A stretch of DNA of 64,000 nucleotides, taken from Octopus vulgaris (taxonomy: Eukaryota). The notes beneath the pieces are model-generated. The model did no database searches, had not been told where the DNA came from, and worked only from the letters and a program-made list of their open reading frames with translations. The stretch is from the NCBI GenBank assembly GCA_951406725.2, contig OX597821.1:65658001-65722000 (forward strand), given 5' to 3'. Below are positions 1-12,904 of the stretch, in pieces (position 1 is the first letter of the stretch; every line of letters starts with the position of its first letter). Made by a program: the position numbers and the translations under genes.

Positions 1-310
1 GCTGCAGCACCGCCTTGAACTGTTTTCTGGCGGAATAAGTCGAGTCCAGTATTTCTTTTTAAAACTTAGCTAGTGTTAGATGGTTGTAAACTGACCAACA
101 CCGGTTGTCAAACATTGGCGGGAGACGTATCGGCCGCACGTATCCAATGTATGTGTTTCCCATGTTCGATGACTTTCAAGTGTTTTAATCCCTGGTGTAA
201 TGAGGGAGTTGTCCCCAGCACGCTGTCTAGCGGCGAACAGGCTAACAAGGAACGCACATACATTGAGTACGTGCGTTCGATAATATTTACAACACTACCA
301 CTGCTTTTAA

Positions 311-366
311 CTCCTACTGATGAGGCTACGGATGTACCCGAAACTGACCCGTCAATATAGGGAATT
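311..366 (+). ncRNA. Type I hammerhead ribozyme motif, near-intact (Penelope/retrozyme-type)
   Basis: Stem I TCCTA(312-316)/TAGGG(358-362); core CTGATGA 317-323; stem II GGCTAC/GTACCC with one mismatch; GAAA 340-343; stem III C-TGA..TCA; cleavage triplet ATA (355-357), whose A mispairs with C344. Confidence 0.6.
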
Positions 367-569
367 CTCGATCGGTGCTTTTGGCCGATTATAGCCCCTA
401 TCAGTACATATGTATGCAATAATGTACTTTAATTACAGCACTGGAGCATTTAACTCTTATTTCTAGCAATGTAGGTGTTCTAACACTCTAGTCACATTTA
501 GTGACAATTACAGATTTCCTTTTTGATAAAACATTGCACACAGCTCTCCTCTCTTTCTCTCCCTCTACC

Positions 570-628
<59 letters not shown>

Positions 629-665
629 TCATCATCATCATATATATATATATATATATATAAGC

Positions 666-823
666 TATTAATAAAATAGGAGATGCAATGTGTAATAGGC
701 TTTTTTGGGTACAACACACGTTTCGACTTTTTATTGATGTACCCAAAGAGACCCAGAACAGGGCGAAACATGTGTTGCACCCAATAAAATCTATTACGCA
801 TTCCATCTCCTATTTTATCAATA
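666..823. repeat. 60-bp inverted repeat (foldback), probably an inverted Penelope-like terminal remnant
   Basis: 666-725 matches the reverse complement of 764-823 with 8 mismatches. Decayed hammerhead-like CCAAAGA-GACCC..GGGC-GAAAC-ATGT-GTT spans the loop and right arm. Lies next to (TA)n. Confidence 0.7.
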
Positions 824-1315
824 CTGTTACCGCTACCGCCACTACGAAGTCCCTGCAATAAATCTACGGATAACAACGGGGAAGCGAAACTGTGCCGGTG
901 CTTTACTCATCATTTATTTATACATTTTTTTTTACAATTCTCCCTTATATATATATGTATATATATATATAACAAAACCATTCTCACCGGAAGCACATAT
1001 TTTTTTTACAAAAAACAACTACGAACTAATATAGTTCTTGAATTTGACAAAAACAGGGAGGCTAATTCCCAGTGTAATGGTAACAAACTTAGTCGCGTTA
1101 ACAAAGGGATGTGGGTTCGAGTTTCACGCGGATGGGAAAGCCTATTTTCCTGTCGAGGGCTTATATGCCCCATTATTAGGCTATTTTCCTTAGTCATTGC
1201 ACGGTGATCGCCATAAGCACATATAAGTACCATTATTTAGAGGATTGTAAAACTCAGCGCTGTATAACAAACCCATTCGCACTGAAACCATATGCATACA
1301 TACATACGTGTGTGT

Positions 1316-1548
1316 GTGGAGGCGTGTGGTTTAGTGGTTAGGGTGTCAGCATCATGATCGTAAGATTGGGGTTTCGATTCCTGGACCAGGCGACGCGTTG
1401 TTTTCTTGAGCAAAAGCACTTTATTTCACGTTGCTCCAGTCCACTCAGCTGGCAAAAATGAATAACGCTCCGATTGACTGGCGTCCCGTCCAGGAAACCG
1501 GGAAACCGAGCCCATGAGCCTGGCTAGGCTTTAAAAGGGCGCATTTAT
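1316..1548 (+). mobile_element. tRNA-derived SINE family C (CORE-like centre)
   Basis: A box TGGTTTAGTGG, B-box-like GTTTCGATTCC, central TTCTTGAGCAAAAGCACTTTATTTCACGTTGCTCCAGTCCACTCAGCTGG; closely similar copy at 6534-6749. Confidence 0.85.
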
Positions 1549-2006
1549 TATATATATATATATATATATCAAGATTAATCAGCCGAAATTGCGAAGATGA
1601 TCCGGTTCTTGACTGAAGATTGAGGGCTTCGAATGTTCCGTCCGTGTTTTTTGTGTCGTCTTCTAAATGTTTCACGTTCTTGTCCCAGTTTGTATATTTT
1701 TTTACTTTTACATATATATATATATATATATATACATAATACACTCATATATGCATGAGTGTATGTATGTTTTTTAAATATGTTTGTATGTATGTGTGAA
1801 TGTATTTATATGCCTGGACACGAACATAAAACTTCTACACCAATCTGAATGCATGTATACACGTTCACACAACACGAAACATACACAATCGTCTGCTTAG
1901 CTTCGTATAACGTAAGAGCAACAGACGACAATACACACAACACGAACTATGAACATACACGCACCAAACGACATAACACAACATTCACACATGCAAAATA
2001 AAATCC

Positions 2007-2045
<39 letters not shown>

Positions 2046-2284
2046 TACACACGCACTCCTACCACTGTGCGTGCGTGCGTGTGCATTTGTGTGTGTGTGT
2101 TTGTGTTTGTGTGTGTGTGTGTGTTTATGTTTCATTTAGAAGTGAGTAGATAGAAATTAACTATCCTTCGGCAAACTATAAATGGTTTTCTTTGTTGAAA
2201 TGGTAAATTGCTACAAATGTTTGTTTTGTTAGTTCTCTCTTTCTCCCCGCTCCCCCTCTCTGTCTCTCTCTCTCTCTCTCTCCT

Positions 2285-2338
<54 letters not shown>

Positions 2339-2859
2339 TTGTTGTTTACCACACAAGCACTTTGATTCTTGTAAACAACACTCCGTTACTCACACAGTTG
2401 TCGATGTATATTTAGTACTTTTATTGGTAGTTGTTCGAGATGATATTGATGTCCTTGTATGTTATATAGAAAATGTCTGCGATATTTTTTTCTTTGTTAT
2501 TAAGATTATTAATTTCTTTGCTTTTTTTTTTTGCTTATGTTTTTCTTTTATTTTATATTCTCTGCTTCTTTGTTTTGTTTTATCTTCGATTATTGTTTTT
2601 TATTTTATTTTTGTTGCTCCTCTATATATGTAGTGAGTATGTATAAATATAAATACGCACACACACACACACACAAATCACACACACATATGCACATTCG
2701 TAGATATAGATAGTTTGATAGATATATAGATTCCCTCACATAGATATGTATCTATACATATATATATGTATGCATTATGTACAGTATATATACTTATATG
2801 TGTGTGTCTGTGTATGTGTACATTTGTACATATATATGTGACTTTGTCTAACTATTTAA

Positions 2860-3159
2860 ATTGTATGCATGTATGTATGTATGTATGTATATATGTGTGT
2901 ATGTACGTACGTACGTATGTATGTATGTATGTATGTATGCATGTATGTATGTATGCATGTATGTATGTATATATGAAGGCATGCATGTATGTATGTATGT
3001 ATGTATGTATGTATGCATGTATGTATGTATGCATGTATGTATGTATGTATGTATGTATGTATGTATGTATGTATGTATGTATGCATGAATGTATGTATGC
3101 ATTCATGTATGTATGTATGTATGTATGTATGTATGTATGTATGTATGTATATATGCATG

Positions 3160-3193
<34 letters not shown>

Positions 3194-3224
3194 TGTATGT
3201 ATGTATGTATGTATGTATGTATGT
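2860..3224. repeat. (TATG)n microsatellite
   Basis: Direct reading; it produces the MYVC/HTYI pseudo-ORFs. Confidence 0.97.
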
Positions 3225-3587
3225 GCAGTGACTATAGCTGTGTAGGTAAGACATCCAATTTGCAGCCATGGACATCCTGTTTCAACCCCGTTGCGATACC
3301 GCATGCATCCGTCAAAGTTATTTTTCTGCTATTGTAGCCCCTCTTCGACCAATACTTTTTGAATGGAACTTAGCTGGGAGACACTGAAGAATTCCAGTCA
3401 CATAAGTGTGTGTGTGTGCGCGCGTGCGTGCGCGTGTTTGAGAGTGATAGAGAGGCGGGGTAGAAACCGCGCAAGTATGGCCGGTGGGTATTTATCTTTT
3501 CACCGGAACTAGCTGTTCGACAATGAGCATCGATAAAATGGATAACAGAGTGAAAAATATGTCAGAAGCTAAGGGTCTACCACTACC

Positions 3588-4440
3588 CAGGACCGGATGA
3601 ATGCCCATTGCGGCCCTAAGCACTTACGGATTTTGGTGCCCCCATATATGTCTAATTCAAAATATAAACAATAATAGACCATAAAATAAATTCTATTTTT
3701 CAGAATGAAACATATCTACCAATAAGATTGAAAACATTGCATATTTTTATATACTTCCATTTTATTTAGACTTTGAAAGTTTTCTCCTGTTTTATTTTAT
3801 CAATTACAAAATCTTTGATCAGATCCTCACTATGACACCGTGAACACTTCAAAATTATATTTCCGATCATATAAACCACTCCGAATATTATCTTAGTAAT
3901 TTTAAAGTGATTTGTTCTGTACCGTAAATCATTTACCATTGCTGGTATCAGTGGACTGGGTAGTCACAAAAGGATTGTCTTTGTATGCATATCTGCTCAA
4001 TAAGGGTTTCCTTGGAGTTAACCAATAATAACTACAGAAAAATTTCGAGAAAATGAAGCAGTCTCATTGTGGTTGTTTGACCAGCTAAAAATCGCGACCA
4101 AAGCTCCCTCAAATTAAACTCCACCTCTTAGGTAAAATACGTATTGTGGTACATCTGGAGGTCATTGGAGGCACATTTGAGCACAATGTAGACGTGGGTT
4201 CACTGCAGACTAGATCCCTCCTCTTACCTTGAGGCCTTAAGCACATGTTAATTTTGCTTAATGGTTAATCCAGTGCAACCACCGCCCGACCGCGAACCAG
4301 AATCGGGCCGCAGACCAGTACTGGGACATAGATTATTTAATATCGGGCCGCACAGAAAGAATAAGTATTCAAATTCTATTTATATTCCATAGACTATCAA
4401 CATCTACTAGATGTTTTTGCATTAGATGTGTATAATATAA
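3588..4440. mobile_element. Degenerate hAT-like MITE remnants with an older repeat nested inside
   Basis: CAGGACCGGATGAA..GGCCCTAAGCAC start, GCCTTAAGCAC..ATGGTTAATCC end, then GGGCCGC subterminal motifs. 3950-4215 is homologous to 23400-23650. Confidence 0.45.
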
Positions 4441-4450
4441 GTTATGTCAG

Positions 4451-4545
4451 GGCGGCGAGCTGGCAGAAACTTTAGCCCGCCGGGCGAAATGCGTAGCCGT
4501 ATTTCGTCTGCCGTTACGTTGTGAGTTCAAATTCCACCGAGGTCG
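4451..4545 (+). mobile_element. SINE family A, 5' part only
   Basis: GGCGGCGAGCTGGCAGAAAC..GAGTTCAAATTCC head; stops abruptly at the LINE junction. Confidence 0.9.
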
Positions 4546-6377
4546 GAGTGGAGAGAACGTGTCTCCCTGGAATATTCCTCTTCTAATGGGGATGGCTTTG
4601 ATTTTCACGAGTCCCTCTTTTGTTTGGAGCTGTAGCACTGTCTGCCATTTATTCATGGAGTGTTTTATGTATTTTATAATTGTTGGTTCTACCTTGTTAA
4701 TGGCTAGTGTTTCTAGGATCCACGTGGGGGGAATGCTATCAAACGCCTTTCGGTAGTCGATCCAGGCCATACTGGGGCCTTTCTTCTTTCTGCGGCTGTC
4801 TTCAGTTATGGCTTCATTGATCATTAGTTGATCTTTACAGCCATATGAGCCCTTGCAGCATCCCTTCTGCTTTTCTGGAAACAGGTTGTTTTCGTCCAGG
4901 TGCTTGTTCATTCTTTGCGATATTACTGCAGTAAGGGCTTCGTACATTGTAGGGAGACAGGTTATAGGTCTGTAGTTTTCTGGTTTTGCTGTCTCATTGG
5001 ATTTGGGAATTAAGATGGTTTTACCTTTCGTGAGCCATTCAGGCATTGTCTCTGGCTCTGCCAGTATGGCGTTAAAGTTTTCAGCCAGCTTTTTGTGCAT
5101 TCCTGTCAGATATTTCAACCAGAAGTTGGGGATCTTGTCGTGCCCAAGTGCCTTCTAGTTGCTTAGTCTTTGCAGTGCCTGGGTGACCTCTTCAGTTGTT
5201 ATGGGGGTCCAGAGTTGCTCAGGTGCTAAGTTTTCTGTTTTAATAGTCTTTTTCTGTGGTTGTTCATTTGCCGACCATATTTCTTTCCAGAATTCTTCCA
5301 CTTCTTCTGCCGTTGGTGCTGCAGTGATGTCTATTTTATTTTTGCCAAGTTCTTGGTAGAACTTTTTGAGGTTGGAGTTGAACTGTTTATTTTGTTCAAA
5401 GAAACGTTGGCGTTTCTCATACCGGCGGATCCTTTGTGCTTTGGCAAGGATATCTTGCTTTAACTTTTCTTTTATCTCAGGTAAATCTTTTTCTGTGATG
5501 TTGTACTTGCACAGTATTTTTGTTTTCTTTTTGTTGCTTAGTAGCGTTGATTGTCGACTAATTTCGTGAAGAATCGACAGATCTTTTCTCATTTTTTGTA
5601 TTTTGTTTTGGATGTTATTTATCCACAGGGTTTGTTTGAGTGGTGGTACTCCTGTTTGGATGGGTTGGAAGGAGTCTCCAGTTTCTTTTGTGGCGGCAGT
5701 GGTTGCTGCATATATTATTTCATTTAGCTCAGTGATATTGTTATTTGTTTCAATGGCTATTAATTCCGTGACGGCCAGGTTTATGCTATTTATTATTGAT
5801 GTTGTTTTGATGTCTATTTTGATTTTTGGGAGGTATGGTCGAGGGTCCATTCTGAGATCTGTGGTATTCTAGTTTTTTATAGTATCATAATCATTAGGTT
5901 CCCCTTCGTTGTTTCCAGGTTTTAGATGTGTTTCGTTTTCTTTCTCATTCGTATGTTTGTCTGTCTGTGGTGTTTTGTACATTATTTTGCTTCGCTACGG
6001 TCTGGGTTTGTTGTTTTTTGTTTACTTCGTTTTTGTTGGAAATGTTACGTTTGCTTTTACTATTTCAGTGTTTATATTATTTGGCATTGTTGTGTGGCTT
6101 CTATCTACATTTTCCTGATATATCTTTTCTTTTAAATGTTCTATTTCTATTTCTGATATTTTTTTGCGTTGAGAATATATCTTCGTATATTAGCTAGTTT
6201 ATTAGGGTTCATTGCTGTATCCAAGTCTTTATTTAGGTTATTTTTCTTCCATATTTTATATGTATATGTTGTTGTATTTTCGTTCTTTGGGTACAGCACT
6301 GCTGTAAAGTAAGCGTGTAGGATTGAAATATATTCCTCACGTGTCCATTTATGCCTATGGTTAGTCAAAACGTTCAA
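4546..6377 (-). mobile_element. R4/Dong-like non-LTR retrotransposon, N-terminal and RT portion (pseudogenised, 3' end missing)
   Basis: HRHKWTREEY N-terminus; AKAQRIRRYEKR; RT motifs YRPITCLPTMY, AWIDYRKAFDSIP, RRGIFQGDTFSPL; stops and frameshifts. Confidence 0.9.
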
Positions 6378-6414
6378 AGATTCGCAGTATAAGGACGAAA
6401 ATCTTCAGACTTCT

Positions 6415-7050
6415 TTTATCTTTTACTTGCTTCAATCATTCGTCTGTGGCCATGCTGGGGCATCATCTTGTAGGATTTTTTCGGGCGAATCGACCACTGT
6501 ACTTATTTATTTTTACGCTTGGTACTTCTTCTAGGTGGAGGCGCGTAGCTTAGTGGTTAGGGCGACGCGTTGTGTTCTTGAGCAAAGCACTTCATTTCAC
6601 GTTGCTCCAGTCAACTCAGCTCGCAAAAATGAGTAACGCTGCGATGGACTGGCGCCCTGTCCAGCTGGGGAACACATACGCCATTGAAACCGGGAAACCG
6701 GGCCCATGAGCCTGGCCAGGCTTTAAAAGGGCGCATTTATTTTTTATTTTACTTCTTCTATCGGTCTCTTTTTCCGAAGCGCTACGTGACGGGGACGTAA
6801 ACAAGTGGTGATGGTGGGGAAAAACACAGACACAACGATACACACATGCATGCACACACATACACACACACATGCACATATATACACGACAGACTTCTTT
6901 CAGTTTCCACCTGTCAAATCCACTAACAAGACTATGGTCGGTTTGAGGCCATCGTAAAAGACATTTCCCCCAAGGTGCCATGCAGTGGGACAGAACCTGG
7001 AACTACGTTCTCAAGAAGCAAACTTCTTACCACGCAGTCACACACGCGCC
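6415..7050 (-). mobile_element. SINE family B copy interrupted by a SINE C
   Basis: Family B motifs on both sides of 6534-6749. Confidence 0.8.
6534..6749 (+). mobile_element. SINE family C with 11-bp TSD
   Basis: TACTTCTTCTA at 6523-6533 and 6750-6760. Confidence 0.9.
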
Positions 7051-7432
7051 TATGAGAAATTTTAAAATAAAAAACGGAGGTGGTCATTGTAGATGATGAA
7101 ATAATCTCAGGAGAATACAATGCCTAGGGTTATAGAGGTGGCTTGTTAAAGGGTAGCATGTTTGCATGTCTCGGTGCAAGTGTATGTGAAGGTCTTTTGG
7201 TGAATTGGTGGGGTATATAAAGTTATTTGAATATAGGGATTGTGACGACCGTGATGAAAAAGTTAAATTTGAAATGTCAATTGTTGGGCAGTAACAGACG
7301 CAATATGATAGCGTGGTAATTAAAAACAAACTTTAACAACTTACGTAGTTTTTGCGAATTTAATTCTATTTATAGTAGGGGCGTTATTTATTCGAGAGGG
7401 TTGCTGAAGACCAGGCCATGCGTTAGGGCATA

Positions 7433-7648
7433 AGAGGGTGTGCAGAAAAGTTCCTGGCTTTGGGTAAAAGAAAATACAGGTGGATCAGTTAGTTATGATT
7501 TTATTCAACATAATCCCCTTCTCAGATTCACACACTTATTGCAGCGGTCCTTCAGTTTTTCTGAGCCCTGTAAAAGAACTTGGTACGTTGGGCCTCCTAC
7601 CAGGCCTTTTACGGTACCCTTAGAGTCGAGTACTTTTCAACACTCCTT

Positions 7649-7650
<2 letters not shown>
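7433..7650 (-). mobile_element. Mariner-derived MITE (internal deletion), copy 1
   Basis: Degenerate TIR GAGGGTGTGCAGAAAAGT..ACTTTTCAACACTCCTT; minus strand reads LQGSEKLKDRCNKCVNLR then GDYVE* after a 1-nt shift, matching a mariner transposase C-terminus. Confidence 0.8.
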
Positions 7651-7703
<53 letters not shown>

Positions 7704-7779
7704 TCAGGGTGAATACTTGATAAGTGTAAGCACCTGTACATGCCAGGTCCTGTTTTTCATTTTATTTCATTTGATACAT

Positions 7780-7845
<66 letters not shown>

Positions 7846-7852
7846 TTATGTA

Positions 7853-8063
7853 CGATGCTGAAACGTTCCTCGCTTTGGGTAAAAGAATATACAGGAGGAT
7901 CACTTAATTACGACTTTATTCCACATTTCCCTTCTCAGATTCACACACTTATTGCAGCGGTCCTTCAGTTTTTCTAAGCCCTGTAAGAGAACTCGGAAGG
8001 TTAGGCCTTAAACCAGGCTTTTCGCGACATCCTTAAAGTCAGGAACTTTTCAGCACCTCCTCA
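7853..8063 (-). mobile_element. Mariner-derived MITE, copy 2
   Basis: Same family as 7433-7650; LQGLEKLKDRCNKCVNLR; right TIR AGGAACTTTTCAGCACCTCCTC. Confidence 0.8.
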
Positions 8064-8479
8064 TGCAATGGGCGGTTAGGAAAAGAAGTAAATTTGAAAC
8101 AGTATTAGGAATAAAGTACAGATTAAAGATATTAAGAGATTAAGAGATCTCGTAGCGAGGTTGTAGTAAGAAATAAGACGCACGAAGGCGATTTGGGAAA
8201 TGTGCTTCCTTTTGGTTTCCAATTTTAAGAATGAAAAGCTTTTTAATTAGGAGTGGGGTAGGGGTGAGGTAGGGGTGGGTAATGGTTAAAGTCTAGAGGA
8301 AAATGGTAGTCATTGGGTTCTTGTCGTATCATGGATTTGGTGGTCAGAAAGGAGCAAAAAACCATGTTGGTTGGTTTAAGGAAGATTAAGGATCGATTAT
8401 GTACAAGAGGGCTTACATAGACAAATGCATAGTGTTAGCTAATCTTACATGGCAATAATGCCCAAGAATATACATCTAC

Positions 8480-8526
<47 letters not shown>

Positions 8527-8639
8527 TCATACACGCGGACAGATACACACACACCCGCGCACAGAAACACCTACTCTCACATACAGTATCTGCATATGTT
8601 TGTGACTGTGTGTATGTATGTATATATATATATATGCAA

Positions 8640-9180
8640 GAGTTGGTGTGTGGTTAGAAGCTTGCTTCTCAACTACGTGGTTCCAGGTTCAGCCCCATTG
8701 CGTGGCACGTTGAGCAAGTGTCTTCTACTATAGCTTTGGTCCGATTAAAGCCTTGTGGATGGATTTAGTGGACGGGCACTGAAAGAAGCACGTTGTATAC
8801 GCACGTTGTATACATACATACATACATACATACATACATACATACATACATACATACATACATACATACATACATACATACATACATACATACATACATA
8901 CATACATACATACATACGTACATACATACATACATACATATATATATGTATGTATGCATATATTTGTATGTATCTGTTTTTGTACACGCACTCTCATCGC
9001 TTGACAATTAATGTTGGTGTGTTTACGTCCCTGTAACTTAGCAGTTCGCAAAAAGGATAGAATAACTACTAGGCTTAAAAAGAATAAATCTTGGGGTCGA
9101 TTTCTTAGACTAAAAACCGTTTCAGGTGGTACTCTAGCATAGCCGCAGTCAAATTACTGAAACAAGTAAAAGAAATAAAA
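8640..9180 (+). mobile_element. SINE family B (tRNA head, CORE-like, internal microsatellite)
   Basis: GGTGTGTGGTTAGAAGCTTGC..GGTTCAGCCC..GAGCAAGTGTCTTCTACTATAGC..CAGTCAAATTACTGAAACAAGTAAAAG. Confidence 0.88.
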
Positions 9181-9194
9181 TAAAATAACATATA

Positions 9195-10055
<861 letters not shown>

Positions 10056-10119
10056 ACTAATATAAAATGCTCTACTTCTTAGAGTGTGCTTCAATCTGGA
10101 TTTATGTTTTTCTAAAAAG

Positions 10120-10298
10120 TAGCTTGCTTACGAACCACATGGTTCCGGGTTCAGTCTCATTGCGTGGCACCTGGGGTAAGTGTCTTCTACTATATCCTTG
10201 AGCCGACCAAAGCCTTGTGAGTGGATTTGGAAGACGGAAAGTGAAAGAAGCCAGTCGTATATATGTATATATATAAATATGTGTGTGTGTGTGTATGT

Positions 10299-10350
<52 letters not shown>

Positions 10351-10557
10351 ATATGTTTGTGAGTCTGTGTTTGTCCCCCAACATCACTTGACAACTGATG
10401 CTGGTGTGCTTACGTCCCCGTAACTTATCGGTTCGGCAAAAGAGACCGATAGAATAAGTACTAAGCTTACAAAGAATAAGTCCTGGGGTTGATTTACTCG
10501 ACTAAAGGTGGTGATCCAGCATGGCCACAGTCAAATGACTGAAACAAGTAAAAGAAG
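10120..10557 (+). mobile_element. SINE family B
   Basis: Family motifs as above. Confidence 0.9.
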
Positions 10558-10567
10558 ATATATATAT

Positions 10568-10798
10568 TATTTCTTTACTACCCACAAGGGGCTAAACACA
10601 GAGGGGACAAATAAGGACAGACAAAGGGATTAAGTCGATTACATCAACCCCAGTGGGTAACTGGTACTTATTTAATCGAACCCGAAAGGATGAAAGGCAA
10701 AGTCGACCTCGGCGGAATTTGAACTCAGGACGTAACGGCAGACGAAATACGGCTACGCATTTCGCTCGGCGTGCTAACGTTTCTGCCAGCTCGCCGCC
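10568..10798 (-). mobile_element. SINE family A, full length, tail type A
   Basis: Reverse complement of GGCGGCGAGCTGGCAG...GTGGGTAGTAAAGAAATA. Confidence 0.93.
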
Positions 10799-11209
10799 TT
10801 AAATACATATATATATAAATACATATACATATACACATAAATACATACATATGTATAGATATGAACTTGTACTAAGGACATATGCAAACGTGCTCATTGA
10901 GATAAGTACTAAGACAAACGTGTATGTAAACATACGCACATAGGTACTGAATTACATAGAAATGGAGCCGTGCTTATTACCAAAACGGTGGGGATTCATA
11001 TCAGTCGTTAGAGACGATAATAGTTATGGAAGAAGGAAACTGGCTGTTCTTTTTAGTTTAAAGGAAAAACTAAGGTTATCTCTACGACATATTCGGCTGA
11101 CAGCTTCCGTCAACTAACTGTTTAACTCTTTCACTAATTGGGTCTCTCAGGCCGTTTTTGCACTGGAAGCAATACATCCAGCATTTAGTAACCTCTTAGG
11201 AGTTGACAC

Positions 11210-11600
11210 GGGCGTGTCTGTGTGGTAAACTGTTTGCTTTCAAGTCCCAGGAATCCGGGTTCATTCCCACTTTGTAGTACCTCGGTCAATGTCTTCTTTT
11301 TTTTTCCCTGCAGACCAGAGCCTACCAACACCTTGTGAGTGGATTTGGTGGACGAAATCTAAAAGAACCCCATCGTGTGCGTGTGTGTGTGTGTGCGCGC
11401 TTATGTTTGTTCCCTGCCACCGCTTGACAACCGGTGTTGGTTTGTTTACGTCCCTATAACCTAGCGGTTCGTCATAAGACTCCGATGGAATAAATACCAG
11501 ATTTAACAATAATAAATCCTGGAATCTAGTTGTTCTACCAAACCTTTCAAGGCGGTGCTCCAGCATGGCCACAGTTCAATAGCTGAATCAAATATAAAGG
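11210..11600 (+). mobile_element. SINE family B, diverged
   Basis: CCTTGTGAGTGGATTTGGTGGACG..GGCGGTGCTCCAGCATGGCCACAG. Confidence 0.82.
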
Positions 11601-12152
11601 TGAAAAGGCTACTGACAGTAAATTTTATATAGCTGACCAGCTAAAATAGTGGTCACTTTATACTGTCCCTATCTTGATTTTCCAAATCTTGTAGATAAAG
11701 TATTTGGTCCCCAACAAACATTCTTTATAGAGAATTGCCTGATTTGTCCTAGACAACAGCAGTTCTGCAGAATTCCATGTTCTAGCAACCCAGACACATT
11801 AAGAGTTTCATCGCTCTACTCACAATTCTGGACTGCTAAATCTGATTGAAAGTCTGTGTTTGTATAGTTAATCGCGAGACAATAATGTTCTCTAGGTAAC
11901 AATAATGGGATAAAGATTTCTGAAAGCTATACGTTGTAGTAGTCTTAGGTCTGAAACTCTTCTGAGTAACATACAGCGGCTTCACCGTCATCAACGCATA
12001 ACATTTCTTCGAGAAACCGACTATTAGTCACACGCACACACACACGCACTCACTCACACATCTATACATGAATGTTTGTATATGTCTGTGTGTATGTATG
12101 TATGTATGTATGTATGTATGTATGTATGTATGCATGTATGTATGTATGTATG

Positions 12153-12228
12153 TTTCTAATCTAGCTGGTTTCTAATCTAGATCCAAGGCTCCTTCATTGG
12201 AATTTCAACATCAACAACAGCGTACTTT
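12153..12228 (-). mobile_element. Very short 3'-end remnant of an (ATAC)n-embedded RLE retroelement
   Basis: CTGGTTTCTAATCTAGATCCAAGGCTCC resembles CCGGTTTCCAACAAAGATACAAGGCTCC at about 43908; (TATG)n on both sides. Confidence 0.55.
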
Positions 12229-12599
12229 GTATGTATGTATGTATGTATTTATGTATGTATGTATGTATGTATGTATGTATGTATGTATGTATGTATGTAT
12301 GCATGTATGTATGTTTGTATATGTGAAGATTTGTGTGTTTTGTTTTAAGTATGTTTTCTCATGCATATACTTGCATATCTAGATAGGCTCATATATACTT
12401 AAGTGATGTATGTATGTATGTATGTATGTATGTATGTATTATACTTTTACAAAAACGACGTCTAGTATACCAAACCTTCGAAGTCACTATCACACCCCTT
12501 CTTGTAAATGTATAATATATATGTACTCTACAAAAATTATCGAGCAATTCTTCATTTTAATGTTAAATGTGCCTAAGGAAGCAAGCTAGCAGGAACGTT

Positions 12600-12715
12600 A
12601 GCACCAGGAGAGAAGACAAAAAGACAAAACAAACTGGCAAAAATATCCAGGTTCTGGAATTATCCAGTAATTTTTTGCTAGTTTATTTTGTCTTTTAGTC
12701 TTCTCTCCTGGTGCT
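12600..12715. repeat. Small palindromic MITE-like element (44-bp arms)
   Basis: AGCACCAGGAGAGAAGACAAAAAGACAAAAC.. pairs with ..GTCTTTTAGTCTTCTCTCCTGGTGCT, 3 mismatches. Confidence 0.75.
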
Positions 12716-12817
12716 GTATGAACATTTAATGTGGTTTTAAAGTCAAGTTTTAGCTGCTATTTCCAGCGTGCTGGTATCTCTTAGATACCCTAAATTATAA
12801 TTTTAATAATAATTATA

Positions 12818-12904
<87 letters not shown>

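Noticed and set aside
1060-1140. tRNA-like segment with A box and GGTTCGAG
   Set aside because: No complete cloverleaf or anticodon arm; at most a decayed SINE head.
2766-3337. MYVC/HTYI/IYIY/CVCV ORFs here and throughout the window
   Set aside because: Translations of (TATG)n, (TA)n and (TG)n microsatellites; no splice or domain support.
7080-8430. Possible Penelope RT remnant around the two MITEs
   Set aside because: Only faint motif resemblance; I could not reconstruct a convincing frame.
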